Shown in pieces: positions 25,633 through 39,730 of a stretch of 64,000 bases of DNA. The stretch's first letter is position 1. The number at the start of each line of letters is the position of its first letter. Source of the DNA: Eledone cirrhosa (lineage: Eukaryota); assembly GCA_964016885.1 (NCBI GenBank), contig OZ024740.1, forward strand, positions 261,516,001-261,580,000, read 5' to 3'. The position numbers and the translations under genes were made by a program. The notes under the pieces were generated by a model. The model did not search any database. It was given only the letters and a program-made list of their open reading frames with translations, and was not told the DNA's origin.

Positions 25633-28469
25633 TATATAAATTGAATTACACTTCAGTTTCGTCTTGATCAGAGACAACAATATTTTTACACATACACACA
25701 CACAAACACATATATACATACATACATACAGACACACACACAAATATGTCTGTGTTCTATATGCTAAAATATCCGTAGAGGGAATACAAGCCAAACTAAC
25801 TAATACAAGAGAGTTTCTTTCGCTTACATGTTATCCCTAACTGCAGTTTCTGAAATTAATTAAGAAATAGTGGAAGAAATAATTACCCGTTTGATATTTT
25901 TAGCTATCTTTTCATTAAGATGGCCCGTATATTAGTGACAAAAACTTTTTTCTTATTCACTGATATAATTTGATCTTAGATTTTATCAGAATGTTTACGT
26001 ATTAAATTGATTTGAGTTGAACGGTGAAATATATATACATAGGAGACGTTAGTGACAGGCAGATAGATAGGTTGTTTCCTTCCTTCCCTCCTTATTTCCT
26101 TCCTTCTTACCACGATATTCCAACAAACGAATATACTTTTTACAAAGTTAAAAACATAGATGTGTATCTAGAAGCAACACCACCAAATAAAGGTCCTTAT
26201 GAACCCCCTAAGCACACCATTCAACGGTTCCTGTCTCTAATACTCACTCCTGAACCCTTCATATATATATATAGGTATATATGTATGAAGTGTTCACGGT
26301 AGGATGACTGGGTAGGCCACCAATAGGGAAGTACTCAATGCAGGTTTATGCATAAAGTAGGTAAAATCCCAACAAAGGAATCTCCCTGTTTCTGCTGTGT
26401 ACCAGGTTCGGCCGCTTTGAACAGGTTAGTCTGAATTAATCTGATGTGAACGAACGAGCCTGCTAGCTAGCTGAAATGGTAAGAGTTTTCTGTTTGGATT
26501 ATACTGTGTGTATGTGTGTGTGTGTGTGTATGTGTGTGTGTATGTGTGTGTGTGTGTGAGTGTGTGTGTGTTTGTATGTGTGTGTTTTTGTATGTGTGTG
26601 TGTGAACATTTGAGTATGTGTGTATGAGTGTGTGTGTATCTGAGTGTGTATGCGAGTGTGTATGTGTCTGTGTCTGTGAGTGCGTGTGTGTATGTGTGCA
26701 TGTATATGTGAGTGTGTATGTGTATCTGTGCTTGTGAGTGTATATGTCAGTGTACGTATTTATATATGTGTAAATGTGCGTATGTATGACTGTACCTTCA
26801 AGACCATATTTCTTGAGTATGTAGAACATTTTAGTGAAAGGTTAATTTCAAGTAAAAATATTTCGCTTGACCTTTCGCTGGTTTAGTGTTAACATAGACA
26901 AGAAATCTTAAGTTGAAGCGTGGAATGATTATTGAATGATAATGTTTATATAATAGACTGTTTCTATAACGACTAAGACGAGGTGGTCTTATGTATTGAT
27001 AGATACACAGCAGTAAATTACCTAAGGTTACAGTTTATCGGAAAGAGTTCTGAGAAGAAGAGATCGATTGTAGAGCTAAGAAGAGTGGAAACGACTCCAA
27101 GTTAAAGTCAGTGGCTGCAAGCTAATAATGAAAGAAACCATTAGCGTGGGCGAGTAAAACTAGTATCTATTCATTCATTTATTGGTTAAAAATATTTAGA
27201 CTTCTGAATTTGAAAGTTTCGTGATGTTTTATCGAATTGTAGACAATCAAAACTGTCATATATTGAACGAAAGCAAAATAAAATAAAAACGATCTAGTAC
27301 TTTCTTGCAGGGTATCGAAAATTCTAATTAAAAAGCTTTCGCCTCAAGATCTTTCGCCATGGTGATTGTTTTGACGTCACAATGGCGAAAACACAAGGGA
27401 ATGATGTCACAGAACTGCATAGAAAATCAGAAAATTAAAGCATTGGTTTTAAATTGGAAGCTGAGTTGAACTGTGTTGTTTACGGTTCGTATTCCTGCAT
27501 CAGAGGTCAACTTTTCCTTTTATTCATTCGAGGTTGATAAAAAATGTACCACTCAAGTACCTGGGTTGATTCTTTTTCTTACTTCATTTGCTCACTCTCT
27601 ATCCTTCTCTGAAAGAAATCTGCTGTATTCAGACCTGGAGAGGAGATGGGCTCCGTAAGGTTTTTAAAAAATGCATTAGAAACGCCGTATCTCAATACCG
27701 CATCCTTACGATCCCTTAGGAGTTCATACATACATACATTCCGGCATTAACACACTGTCGGCTCTACTAATGATGAAGAGACTAAATTTTCAATCGATCT
27801 TGTCAGTTTACTTTTAAATGTGAAGGTACACGGTTTTGTAGTTAGTGTGTTGGACTCTATAAACAACTATAACGTCAGCAGCAACAACAACAACAATAGC
27901 AGTGTAACGTGTAATTGTCAAGTGTTTTGTCACCATTTAATGTTGGTTTCACATGTTCTCATTTGTGGTTACAATATGGGATTGGGTGGACTCCATTAAT
28001 TTGATTTAACATTGAAACTGAAATGAAATACCTGCAAAGTTTATTTCAAAGATCCTACAGAGTATATGACTACGGTACTATAAAGAATATAGAGTACTAA
28101 CTTCTAGTAACCTCGAATTATCTATATTGATGTTGATATAAGGAAACGGGAGTATCAACTTCTAACCCCTAATTATCTATGTTGATGTCGATAAAAGGAA
28201 AAGGGTAATTTCTGAAACTATGTTCCAAACACCAGCTTAATAAGGAGAATGAGGAAGTTGTATTACAAAATATTTCCTAATGCTTAATTATTTTCAATCT
28301 AATTTGAAAATCTTAGGAAGTGTATTTCATCAGAAATATGGTAACAAAAGGGTTAAGTATTCAGTTGAAGGCATTTCTATACACCTGGGCTACTAAATGC
28401 CCCTGGGTGAACAATGACAGGAAAATATTCCTTGTTGCATGTTACCAACAAAGATAACAAACGTTTGTT

Positions 28470-28570
28470 CCAGGGTTGAGGTCGATATGATCGACCAAAT
28501 CCCATTATGACGGTACCACAGCATGGCCGCAGTCTAATGACAGAAACCAGTAAAAGAATAAAAGAATCAA
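28470..28570 (+). mobile_element. SINE 3' fragment of a different tail family
   Basis: CATGGCCGCAGTCTAATGACAGAAACCAGTAAAAGAATAAAAGA tail. Confidence 0.5.
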
Positions 28571-28797
28571 AGTATATCAAGAAAATGAAATAATTCAAAT
28601 CGTGATGAAGTTTCTTAACTCAAGCCTGAACAATATCCCAAGAAATTACTGAAGCAAAGCAATTAGTTAGAAAGACATTAAGAAAGAATTGTATTAACTT
28701 CAGCTAAATATTTTCGCTTAGCTGACACACACACATATATATGTATATATAAATATATATATATATATACATATATATATGTGCGTGTATCCATGTG

Positions 28798-28847
<50 letters not shown>

Positions 28848-28926
28848 CACATGGATACACGCACATATATATATGTATATATATATAAATAAAGAGATAG
28901 ATAGATAGATAAGTATGCATAATTTT

Positions 28927-28991
<65 letters not shown>

Positions 28992-28994
28992 TAC

Positions 28995-29082
<88 letters not shown>

Positions 29083-29110
29083 CACATGGACACACGCACA
29101 TATATATATG

Positions 29111-29144
<34 letters not shown>

Positions 29145-29469
29145 GTAAAAATTATATATATATATATATGTAAAAATTATGCATACTTATCTATCTATCT
29201 ATCTCTTTATTTATACATACGTATATATACGTATGTATAAATAAAGAGATAGATAGATAGATAGATAGATAGATAAGTATGCATAATTTTTCTTTTAAGT
29301 TACAGACATCATTACAAGGGGGAGGTGAGGTGGGGGGGGGGGGGGTTGACAGTGGAGTAAAATCGTGAGTCTCCAGCAACACTTCCTCCAATTGTTTACT
29401 CGTCCCTTCTTTAATTAGCATTGTTAACTAGTTCCAACAGATGAAAGAAAGGAAAGAAAAATAACAACG

Positions 29470-29629
<160 letters not shown>

Positions 29630-29668
29630 ATATAATTATATAATATATATACGCATATATATTGTATA

Positions 29669-29712
<44 letters not shown>

Positions 29713-29720
29713 TCACACTT

Positions 29721-29756
<36 letters not shown>

Positions 29757-30034
29757 GGTATACTTATATTAAGCTATATATATTATTGTTGAACACAGAC
29801 GACAGTAAATTTCGAAGCATAATAATGAAGGCAGACATCTTGTCCTGTTCAGATATTTAGCCTGAAGCAACCATTCTTCTCTGGAACTAAGTGGTTAAAT
29901 TACTAAAGTATCGGATTCCAATTAACAATACTTTGGAAGTAATCGACAGGACGGCGGTACTATGGAAGCCCCGGGGAAAGAATTCCTTGTTCACTTAGGA
30001 ATGAAAGCCTGAAACGCACGCCTATATATATTAT

Positions 30035-30132
<98 letters not shown>

Positions 30133-30224
30133 CATATATATGCGTATGTGTATATATATATACCAACAACAAAAGCATCAGAGGCACCACATTTGCTGCT
30201 GCAGCAGCAAAAACAAAGCGCTTA

Positions 30225-31082
30225 TTGGATATTGATATTAGCGATAAAGACGAACAGTTGGCCCAGGCGTGGAGGCTAATTAAACGGGAGAAGTCCAGGG
30301 AAAAGATGACCATCCCGGACGGGGCAATAGCGGCCATGCAAAAAAGGACGGTCTACTTTCGATGCATTTCGGTGCAGACACGAAAAGTGGAACTTGCGAG
30401 CCAAGCAGAGGTCGAGGCTGCTTTGGAGTACATCGGAAGTAACATAGAGTACAAAGCAAGAGCCAAACAGTTCGGTACCATCTCGGTACTGTTCAAAACC
30501 GAGGCCCCTGCTATTAAGCACTCGGTGACCCCATGCAGAACGGAACTCTTTATCATGCACCCGTCCTACATGGGTAAAATGACAGTAAAGGTCCGCATTC
30601 CCAGAACCCCACCAGGAAAGAACATATGGTGGCTGCTGGGATGCGTAATCGAGGAGGGGACAGACACTACCATCCTGGATATAAAAAGGACAGAGAGAGA
30701 AGACTGGTCCGGAATGGATTTGGAGATTCTTCTCCAAATGAAACCGGAGGACATGAACAACATCCCGGATTTTGCCCGCCTGCAGGACGGGACAACAATC
30801 CAACTAATCACTGAGGGAAGAAGGCCACACTGCTTCGTCTGCGGGGAAGCAACGCATCTGCAAGCCTTCTGCCCTCAGCGCAAAAATGCAGGGGTTCGCA
30901 AACCTCCTTTGTTGCCAACGCCAGTGTCAGCACGGAAAGCTGCATCACCACCACCAAAAACAATTACAACAAAGACACGGACACCAACATCAAAAACAGC
31001 CGGACCACCACCAACACCGAAACCAATCCAAGGGAAAAACGAGGAAAGCTCTCCCACTACCCCCCCCCCATTATACACATAG
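30225..31082 (+). CDS. LINE ORF1 (Gag-like, CCHC zinc knuckle), truncated
   Basis: CFVCGEATHLQAFCP fits CX2CX4HX4C, followed by a Pro/Thr/Lys-rich tail. Confidence 0.75.
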   Translation: MDIDISDKDEQLAQAWRLIKREKSREKMTIPDGAIAAMQKRTVYFRCISVQTRKVELASQAEVEAALEYIGSNIEYKARAKQFGTISVLFKTEAPAIKHSVTPCRTELFIMHPSYMGKMTVKVRIPRTPPGKNIWWLLGCVIEEGTDTTILDIKRTEREDWSGMDLEILLQMKPEDMNNIPDFARLQDGTTIQLITEGRRPHCFVCGEATHLQAFCPQRKNAGVRKPPLLPTPVSARKAASPPPKTITTKTRTPTSKTAGPPPTPKPIQGKNEESSPTTPPPLYT

Positions 31083-31819
31083 AAAAAACAATAAACGCAC
31101 ACACAGATACAGAGACACTCACAGACACAGACCCTTTATCTTCCAGCAGCGAAGATGAAGGAAAACCCAAAAGTGCAAAAAAGAAACAGAAAACTCACCA
31201 AAAAAAGCCCCAACATAACACAAAAACATACACAAAAAAAATACAGACACCACTAACGCAAACACTTACCCAATAACATCAGCACCAACAGCAACATCGA
31301 CACCACCCCCACAATCCCCGAAACGCAAACAACCTAAACAAACACAAGTACAAATAAACACACAAATACCTGAAATTGCAGACACCACACCTACAACAAA
31401 CACAGACATACCCGAAACAACACCACCAAAACCATCACCACCACAGTCACCCAAACGAAAACAAATAAAACCACACCAACAAAATGTTAAAAACTTCGAG
31501 CTTGTCAGAAGGGCCAACGATAAACTGATGGCCCTCTTAGCACGAAGCAAGGACATTCAAACAGGAGGGTGGAGATTTTTGAAATGAGCACATTTTGCGT
31601 GCCAGAAGATTTGCTTCTGGTCCGAATGTCACTCGATTCCTTCAAATAAATTCGAGAGAGCTTTCCTCAAGACGTGGGAACCCCGAATTTGAAACCCACA
31701 TCGAGACTTTTAAAGGGGTTCCCCAAAGAAACCCCACCAACCATGGAGGTCGAACCACCCGACCTTCACAAGATCACGAGAGGTAAGTAAACCATCCCTC
31801 TCTTTTTTAGCTTGCTAAC

Positions 31820-34673
31820 ATGGCCATATTAAGAATAGGAAGTTTAAATGTTCGCGGCCTGGGCTCACCCTGGAAGCAGGGTCGCTTGCTCAACGACCTC
31901 AGGTCGCTGGAAATGGATGTGATTGCCGTCAGCGAGACCAGAATTTCCGACACGCGCGCACTAGACCCCATTTTCGACGACTATCATATCTTCCCATCTG
32001 TTAGCAGGCCGGGAATGGGGGGTGGGGGTGGCAGTGCTGTTTAGGAAAGGACTGGGTCTCGAGGTAAGGTCGATCTTCCGGGACCCGGACGGTAAGTTGG
32101 TGGTATTGGATGTGAGCAGTAGCGAAGGTGGTGCCTTTAGAGAGATTAGAGTAACTTCGATAGAGTTCAGCAAAGAACTAGCGTTAGAGAAAAATAGAAA
32201 GGAGGGGGAGCTGGTAGATAAGTTAGACGAGGCTATTTGTAGTGGCATTGCAACTGACGTGCTAGCGACGAGAATGGCATTAGACCATTTCTTCAATGAG
32301 AAACACGAAGGTTGCATTGTCAGAGCTAAGGCGCATGCGCTGAGAAACGAGGGAACCAAAGCTGTTCGATGGGCCCGCGTGGCGGAGGCGCAGCGTGGTA
32401 ATAAAACCATAATTCGGTCTTTGGCGGACCGAGACGGACACGAGATAAGCGATTCCAAGCGGATGTGTGAGGCCTTTCGCCAGCACTTTGCTCGGTTGTT
32501 CGGGGAGAGTGGCGAGTCAGAGAGAGTAGCGGATTTCAGTCCCTACTTTGACGGCTTGCCGCGCATCTCGACGGTCGACATTGAGCGCTGCGAAAGGCCG
32601 ATTACTTCAGCCGAAATTCAGGACGCCCTTGTAGGCTGCATGAGGCGCAAGTCACCCGGTTTGGATGGCCTGCCCTACGAGCTTTACGTAAATATGCCAG
32701 ACTTGTTCTCCGAACTCCTCGAAGCACTCTACTGCAACTGGCAGCAGAATGGGAGTATTCCCAGTTCTGTGAGTAGGGGAGTGGTGACGCTGATAAGGAA
32801 AGACGAGAACAAGAGGGATACATTAGACAACTTCAGGCCCATAACTCTGCTCAACACAGAGTTTAAGATTTTGGCCAAGGTGTTAGCAGAGAGATTGGCG
32901 CTTGTCGTCGAGGATTTGGTTGGGGAGGCGCAAACTTGCGCAATCCCAGCCAGGTCCATACACGACAATCTCCACCTCATGCGATACATCATAGAGAGGG
33001 TTGGGTGTAAACCTGGTTTCGGTGGGGCACTGATCAATTTAGATCAATCGAAACCATTCGATAGGGTCGACCATCGGTATCTGGAGTTTGTCCTCAAAGC
33101 TTCGGCCCTGTCTTCAGAAGCTGGATCACTGCAATGCACAGCGGCAGACGCTCGGCGGTCAAGGTTAATGGCCACCTCTCGGAACCATTTTGGCTCTCTC
33201 GATCGGTCCATCAAGGGTGCCCTCTCTCTTCCCTTCTGAACGTATTGACTCTCGAGCCTTTACTGCGGAAGCTGGAGCTGTTGCAGGGCATCCCGCTCGA
33301 ACCGGGACGTGGAAAGGCGGTGTCGGCTTATGCGGACGACATCACCGTGATGGTGTCGAACACCTCAGAAATCGAGGTGGTCCGCACCTTATTGAAGGAA
33401 TATGAAAGGTTCACAGGAGCCAAACTTAACCTGGAAAGGTCGGTGGGCTTGCAGCTCAGAACCATGAGAGGCAAGCCTATGCCGTCCAACAGCGTTGTGG
33501 GGCGCCTGACAGACGGACCGGTAAAGCTGCTCGGGGTTTGGTTCGGACCAGACCTCCAGGTGGAAAAGAATTGGAACGAGGTATCGAGCAGAGTAGCCAG
33601 TCTCACCCCAAAAATGGGCTGGGAGGAAGCTATCACAGAAAGGTCGCACGGAGGTGGCGAACGCGTACATCGCGTCCGTCATCAACTACCGCCTGACCGT
33701 CGTGCCTTGCCCCCGTCCGTGCCTCGTCAAGTTGGAACGGCTCCTCTTCAAATTCTTGTGGAGGGGACAAGTTCCGTTGGTGAGGCGGTCCATCTGCTGC
33801 CAGCACCCTCTACGCGGAGGGCTGGGCATGCCGTGGCTAATGATGCGCAGACATGCGTTGAGGCTGCGACATCTCCAGATATTCTGCCTAAACGGTGAAC
33901 AGGTGTGGTCGTTATTTATCAGACGGGCCTTTCCGCAGCTCATTTCTTTGACTGAGCTGCAGTCCTGGGTCAAGAAGAGACCGAGACTGGGTGACTGGCA
34001 CCTGGAATGTTGCCAGGCACTCACTTCCCTCTACCAAGCGGGGAATGCGATCATTGGAACTTCCACTCTCGAGTTCTATAGAGGATTAGTGGTGTGCAAG
34101 TGCGATGACCCACTCGGAGAAGCTTTGGGCCCCGACGAAGTCGAACTGACCAGTCTGTACCGGAGGACTTTCGAGCCGGGGACAATGGACAATTTCCAGA
34201 AATCCCTCGCTTGGCAGTGCTACAGGGGGCACTTCCGTTTCGGGATAAACTCTACAGGCACGGAAGTGCTGTCAGACGGACGTGCCAAAGATGCGCACAG
34301 AACGACGAAACCGTTCTGCACGCACTTGTGAAGTTATGTCGAACAGCTACTGTCGCGTGTGGAACGAATCCGGCTATTGGCCGAGTCCATAGTGAAGATC
34401 GACCCGCCGCCTTCCTTAGGTAAGGAAGAGCAAGAAATTTTCCTCTGTCTGGTGGCAGTTGCGAAAGAGGTTATATGGTGGACCAGATTAAAAGGACTGA
34501 AGACAGACACTTTTATCTTCGGCCAATCTCTCATCAACTTCTTCAAGTTTCACCTGGAAAGGAAGGTGAGGGTCGAGAGAGAAGTGCTGCCCCCCAGTAG
34601 ATTTGCTAAAAGGTGGATGAATGTGGCGAGAATGGCTCGTGTGAATGGGCCTACTCTGACCATGCGCCTATAG
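31820..34673 (+). pseudogene. LINE ORF2 (APE-RT-C-terminal domain), frameshifted, with a ~540-bp deletion near 32140
   Basis: Homologous peptides spread over several frames; the GGAF|REIRVTS junction skips the segment present at ~42540-43075 in copy 3. Confidence 0.85.
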
Positions 34674-34952
34674 GCTAGCTAACTTGAGGAGAGGGGTGCT
34701 CTCCCTGGGTGCCCTAGAAGCGCAGGGTGGTTCAGGATTGGTGGGGTACCCGAGTCACCCCAGGGTCGTCCACCCTCTATCGGGGAATTTATTTTGTTAT
34801 ATTTATGCATAGTTTATTTTATAGTTTTATATCTTCATTGTTAAATTAGTCTTGCCATTGTGCACTTTTACTCGACCTTATTGTAAACCCCCACTGTCCC
34901 TGTCTTTGTATTGTCCCCTACATGTCGGCCCTTGTGGCTAATAAATGAAAGC

Positions 34953-35140
34953 ATTGGTGGATTGGCAGTATCGGTAGAGGGTCGGATGCCATGATTTCCA
35001 GCATAGTTACGTCCCTTTAAGATCTGAGTTCAAATCCCGCCGAGGTTGACATTGCCTTTCATCCTTACGGGGTCGATAAAATAAAGTACCAGTAATGCAC
35101 TGGGGAATTGCTGGCCTTGTGCCTAAAGTAGAAACAATTA
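34953..35140 (+). mobile_element. tRNA-SINE directly after the LINE 3' end
   Basis: Same family as 21557-21742. Confidence 0.9.
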
Positions 35141-36017
35141 TTATATATAGGAACCAATTATTATATATAGGAACCAGTAAGACCCCGCCGGCTGAGCTCA
35201 ATTCTGGTAAGTATTGAGTACTTTGGTGCGTTATGGTCCAGCTGGTTCCTTACCACATTTCCTTCGTTATATATATATATATATATAAATACACTCACAC
35301 GTACACATACAAACGCACATATCCGCACATATCTGCACTCGTACACACACATACATATGGATGTGTGTGTTTATTTATGGATACATATATGTGTAGTTGT
35401 ATGAATGTGTGCCACAGATTGTCATATACACCATAATTAGAAGGTACAAAAGAGAACATCTCTTCTCAAAAATCATTTAGTTAGTACCAATCAATAGATA
35501 TATTTGTTATATTTTACATAACTATATACATTTATTGTTGTTCTTCTTGATGTTCGACCCCCATCAGGTCCGACGACAAGTGATCTGGTTATTTGATCAA
35601 CGAAACAGCCTCATGTAAGTGGCTCAACATTTTACAGACACGTATACCCATAAGGGAAGTTCAGTGTGACATACTGTGTGTTGAAATAAAATCAGTTCAC
35701 ATGAAACAAGTTCCGTCTACCCATATTAATTCATAAGGCATGGGTTGGCCTGAGGTTATGATTTTCAGTAGAAAATGCCATGCTTGCTGTGCACATACTT
35801 ATATGAATGCATGTCTTGTAAATCCTGATGGAGTTGTAGGGGCGCATTTTAAACCCATCTCTCTCCAGATTTGAACACAGCAGATTTGTTGTTACTTTTT
35901 TATCGACATTGGCTGGATGAAAGGTAAAGTTGACCTCGGCGGAATTTGAGCCCTGAGAGCAGAGAGTCAGAACGAATACCTCAAAGCATTCTTTCTGATA
36001 TTCTTTCCGATATTCAT

Positions 36018-36204
36018 AGGCGGTGAATTGGCAGTATCAGTAGAGGGTCGGATGCCATGCTTTCCAGCATAGTTACGTCCCTTAACGATCTGAGTTCAAA
36101 TCCCGCTGAGGTTGACTTTGCCTTTCATCCTTACGGGGTCGATAAAATAAAGTACCAGTAATGCACTGGGTAATTGCTGGCCTTGTGCCAAAAAGTAGAA
36201 ACAA
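36018..36204 (+). mobile_element. Full-length tRNA-SINE with a 16-bp TSD, nested in an older SINE
   Basis: ATTCTTTCCGATATTC at 36000-36015 and 36204-36219. Confidence 0.92.
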
Positions 36205-36653
36205 TTCTTTCCGATATTCTAACGATTCTGCCAAATCATCACCCTGTCCACACTTATATGCTTATATTCTAATAGTCGAATTGAATCCTATGGAATAATG
36301 TACTTTTTAAACAGATATTATGTATAACTGACTATTCCATTCCAACAGGCAATCATTTCTTTATTCCTTTATTCTTGTTCTCTTTTTCCTGACCTATTAT
36401 AAATTACAAATTTGAATCCATTCTTTTAGAGCGTGAATTGATGTCACCCTCACTTTATATAGAGAGGGGGAGCGCCAAACGAGAGATAGAGAGAGAGAAA
36501 AGGGAATGCCGTGTCTTTTCGAGGTGACAGAAAGAATTAGATACAGAGAAAGTTATGACATCGCCCTCATCTATATATATAGAGGTTGGGGGGGGGGGCA
36601 CCAAGCAAAAGAGATGTACATAGGAACGTCATATGTTTAGAGAGAGAAAGAGA

Positions 36654-36695
<42 letters not shown>

Positions 36696-36708
36696 TGAAA
36701 GAGTGAGA

Positions 36709-36740
<32 letters not shown>

Positions 36741-36840
36741 AAAAATACGTCGTCCTCATTTAGTAATAATAATAAAAATGATGACGATGAAGAGGATGAT
36801 GACGATGCTATGATGATGATGATGATAATGATAAAATATA

Positions 36841-39730
36841 TGTTTCTTTTATTTGCCACCAGGGCATCAAAAGTGGGACAAGTACAATGGGGGGAGTTTA
36901 CAAAACAACGCGTCCTCAATAAGGAGGAAGCAATAACAAAATATAAAATAAAATAAAATATAACAAAAAATAAAATTTATAACAAAATCCTCAATAGAGA
37001 GGAGGCGCCTTGGGGGGTCGCACACACCCCCGAAAAAAGTATGCAACTCTTCTCCCCAGGAGCACAGAGAGGGGGTGCTCCCTCGTTCCTTCCTCTTTTC
37101 CACCTACAGGCTTATGTAAAGAGAAGGCCCATTCACACGGGCCATTCTCGCCACTTTCACCCACCTTTCATAAAATCGACTGGGGTGGACAACCTCTCTC
37201 TCCATCCTGATCCTTCTTCCGAAATGATATCGGACGAAACGGACCAGTTGTTGGCTAGAGAGAAAGGTGCCTGACCTCAGTCCTTTCAGACGCGTCCACC
37301 ATACAACTTCTTTCACCATGGCTATTACGCACAGAAACACCGCCTCTCCTTCATCTTTGAAGGGGGGAGGCGGCTTGATCATTACAATAGACTCGGTGGT
37401 CAACCGGATCGGTCCGACCCTTGACAGCAGTTGTTCGACATAGCCCCACAGATCGGCTACGCCCGAGCAGTGTACCAATGCGTGTGCAACGGTTTCCTCG
37501 TCGCACACGCATCTGGAACAGATCTTTTTGGCGGGGTCCCTACCCGGGCGCCCGTATCTGTAGAGCTTTTATCGAACGGGTAGAGCCCCTCGGTAGCACT
37601 GCCAGGCCAGGGACTTCTGGAAGTTGTCCATAGGTCCCGGGCTGAATGTCCTACCGAACAGGCTGGCCAGTTCGTCTTCCTCCATGTCTAGGGCTTCTCC
37701 GAGGGCGTCGTCGCACCTACTGCGTACCAGCCCTCTATAGAATGTTGCGGTGGAGTCTCCACTGATAACCGGATCCGCCTGCCAGAGGGCGGTGAGCGGC
37801 TGGGCACACTCAGTGTGCCAGGCGGTGAGCGGCTGGGCACACTCAGTGTGCCAGGCGCCCAGTTTTCTCGGTCTTTGCTTGACCCAGGATTGCAGCTCGG
37901 TGAGTGAGACGAGTCTGGGAAAGGTTCGTCTCACAAACGAGGCCCACACCGGTTGACCGGTGAGGAATACGTGGAGGTGACGTAGCCTTAATGCGTGTTT
38001 ACTCATCATTAACCACGGCATCCCCAGCCCTCATTTCGAAGGGTGTTGACAGCAGATGGATCTCCTCACCAAGGGAGCCCGCCTCTTCCAAAGGAATTGG
38101 AAGAGCGCGTGCTCCATCTTGGCGAGGGTTTCCCTTGGGCAAGGTACTACGGTCAGGCGGTAGTAGATGACGGACGCTATATAGGTGTTCGCCACCTCCG
38201 CCCGACCTTTCAGGGATAGTTTGCAACTGGCCCACTTCTGGGTCAGTGCAAACACCCTGTTCGTGACCTCCGCCCAGTTCTTCTCCACCTGGAGGTCTGG
38301 TTCGAACCAGACCCCGAGCAACTTCACCGGGCCCTCCGTCCAGCATCCGACGATGCCAACAGAGGGCATCGGTCTGCCCCTCCACGTGCCGAGTTGCAAA
38401 CCGATCGACTTGTCCCGGTTCAGCTTAGCCCCTGTGAACCTTTCGTACTCCTCCAGTAAGGTGCCGATCACCCCGATTTCGGAGGCCGTCGACACCATTA
38501 CTGTCACGTCATCGGCGTAGGCCGACACCGCTTTCCGCAATCCCGTTTCCAAAGGGATGCCATGCAACAACTCCAACTTCCGCAGTAGTGGCTCGAGAGT
38601 CAACACATACAGAAGGGAGGAGAGAGGGCACCCTTGTCGGATGGACCGCGCGATTTTGAACGGCTCCGAGAGGTAGCCGTTCACCTTGACCCTAGAGCAG
38701 ATGCGGCTGCTGTGCATAGCAGTGATCCAGCCCCGGAAAACGGGTCCGAAGCCTGCCGCCGCTAGCACCGCATCCAGGTAACCATGGTCGACCCTATCGA
38801 ACGCCTTAGATTGATCCAAGTTGATCAGAGCCCCACCAAAGCCGGGTTCGTTCCCAACCCTATCTATGATGTATCGCATGAGGTGGAGGTTGTCATGGAT
38901 GGACCTGGACGGGATAGCACATGTCTGCGCATCTCCCACCAGGTTGCCCACGACAAGCGCCAACCTCTTTGCTAGCACCTTGGCCAAAATCTGTAACTCT
39001 GTATTTAGCAGAGTTATGGGCCTGAAGTTACTTATTTCGTCCCCCTTGTTCTCGTCCTTCCTCACTAGCGTGACTACGCCCTTGGTTACAGTACAGGTAA
39101 TTCTCCCGTTCTGTTGCCAGTTGCAGTAGACCGCCCCGAGGAGATCGGGGAACAAGTCCGGCATAGCTAGATATAATTCGTATGGAAGACCATCGAGACC
39201 CGGGGATTTGCGTTTGCCGCATTGGCTCAGCACGTCCTCTATCTCAGCGGACGAAATCGGCTCCTCGCAGGACTTCGCCTCCCTGTCCGAGAGACGCGGC
39301 AGGCCGTCGAGGTATGGACCGAAGTCCACATTCCCAACCGGCTCCCGGTTGGGAATGTGGAGGACGCGGTTGATTGGTTTGGCGCAGGGGGAGCCCACGT
39401 CCTCCGTGAAATTTATTTTCAGCGTTTTATAAAGGTTCATTGGGACTTTAATCATTTTTAAATGAGGTAGTCCCACAGCAGTTATAAAGTTAGGCCCTTC
39501 AGTTTGGACCGAAGGGTTTGATGAAATTGTTTTCAGTAGTTCTTTGTTGTCTGTGTTCATGTATGTATATTATAAAGTCTTTTTTTGTGTAGCAGTTAGT
39601 GTTGTGTGATGGGGAGAGGTGGTTTGTATATAGTTTGTATTCTCTTGGGGAGGGTTAAAGTTAACAAGTGTGTCTGTGGTGCGCCTCCTCTTCTTTCTTT
39701 TTATTGTTTGGAAGGGATCTTTTTCGTCTT
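36841..39730 (-). mobile_element. Tx1/L1-clade LINE copy 2 (ORF1 tail fused to RT; endonuclease deleted)
   Basis: 509-aa ORF 38031-39560 with complete RT motifs (YADD); 3' end CCCTGGTGGCAAATAAAAGAAA. Confidence 0.9.

Larger units (their letters stand above)
30161..34950 (+). mobile_element. Tx1/L1-clade LINE copy 1 (ORF1 + degenerate ORF2)
   Basis: ORF1 zinc knuckle; APE start MAILRIGSLNVRGL; RT motifs KSPGLDG, NFRPITLLN, LDQSKPFDRV, QGCPLS, AYADD; 3' end GTGGCTAATAAATGAAAG. Confidence 0.92.

Noticed and set aside
29855-29920. CTGAAGC AACC...GGTT AAA motif
   Set aside because: Two core mismatches and no reliable stem I.
36018-36110. tRNA gene
   Set aside because: The A/B boxes belong to a SINE head with extended spacing and no cloverleaf.
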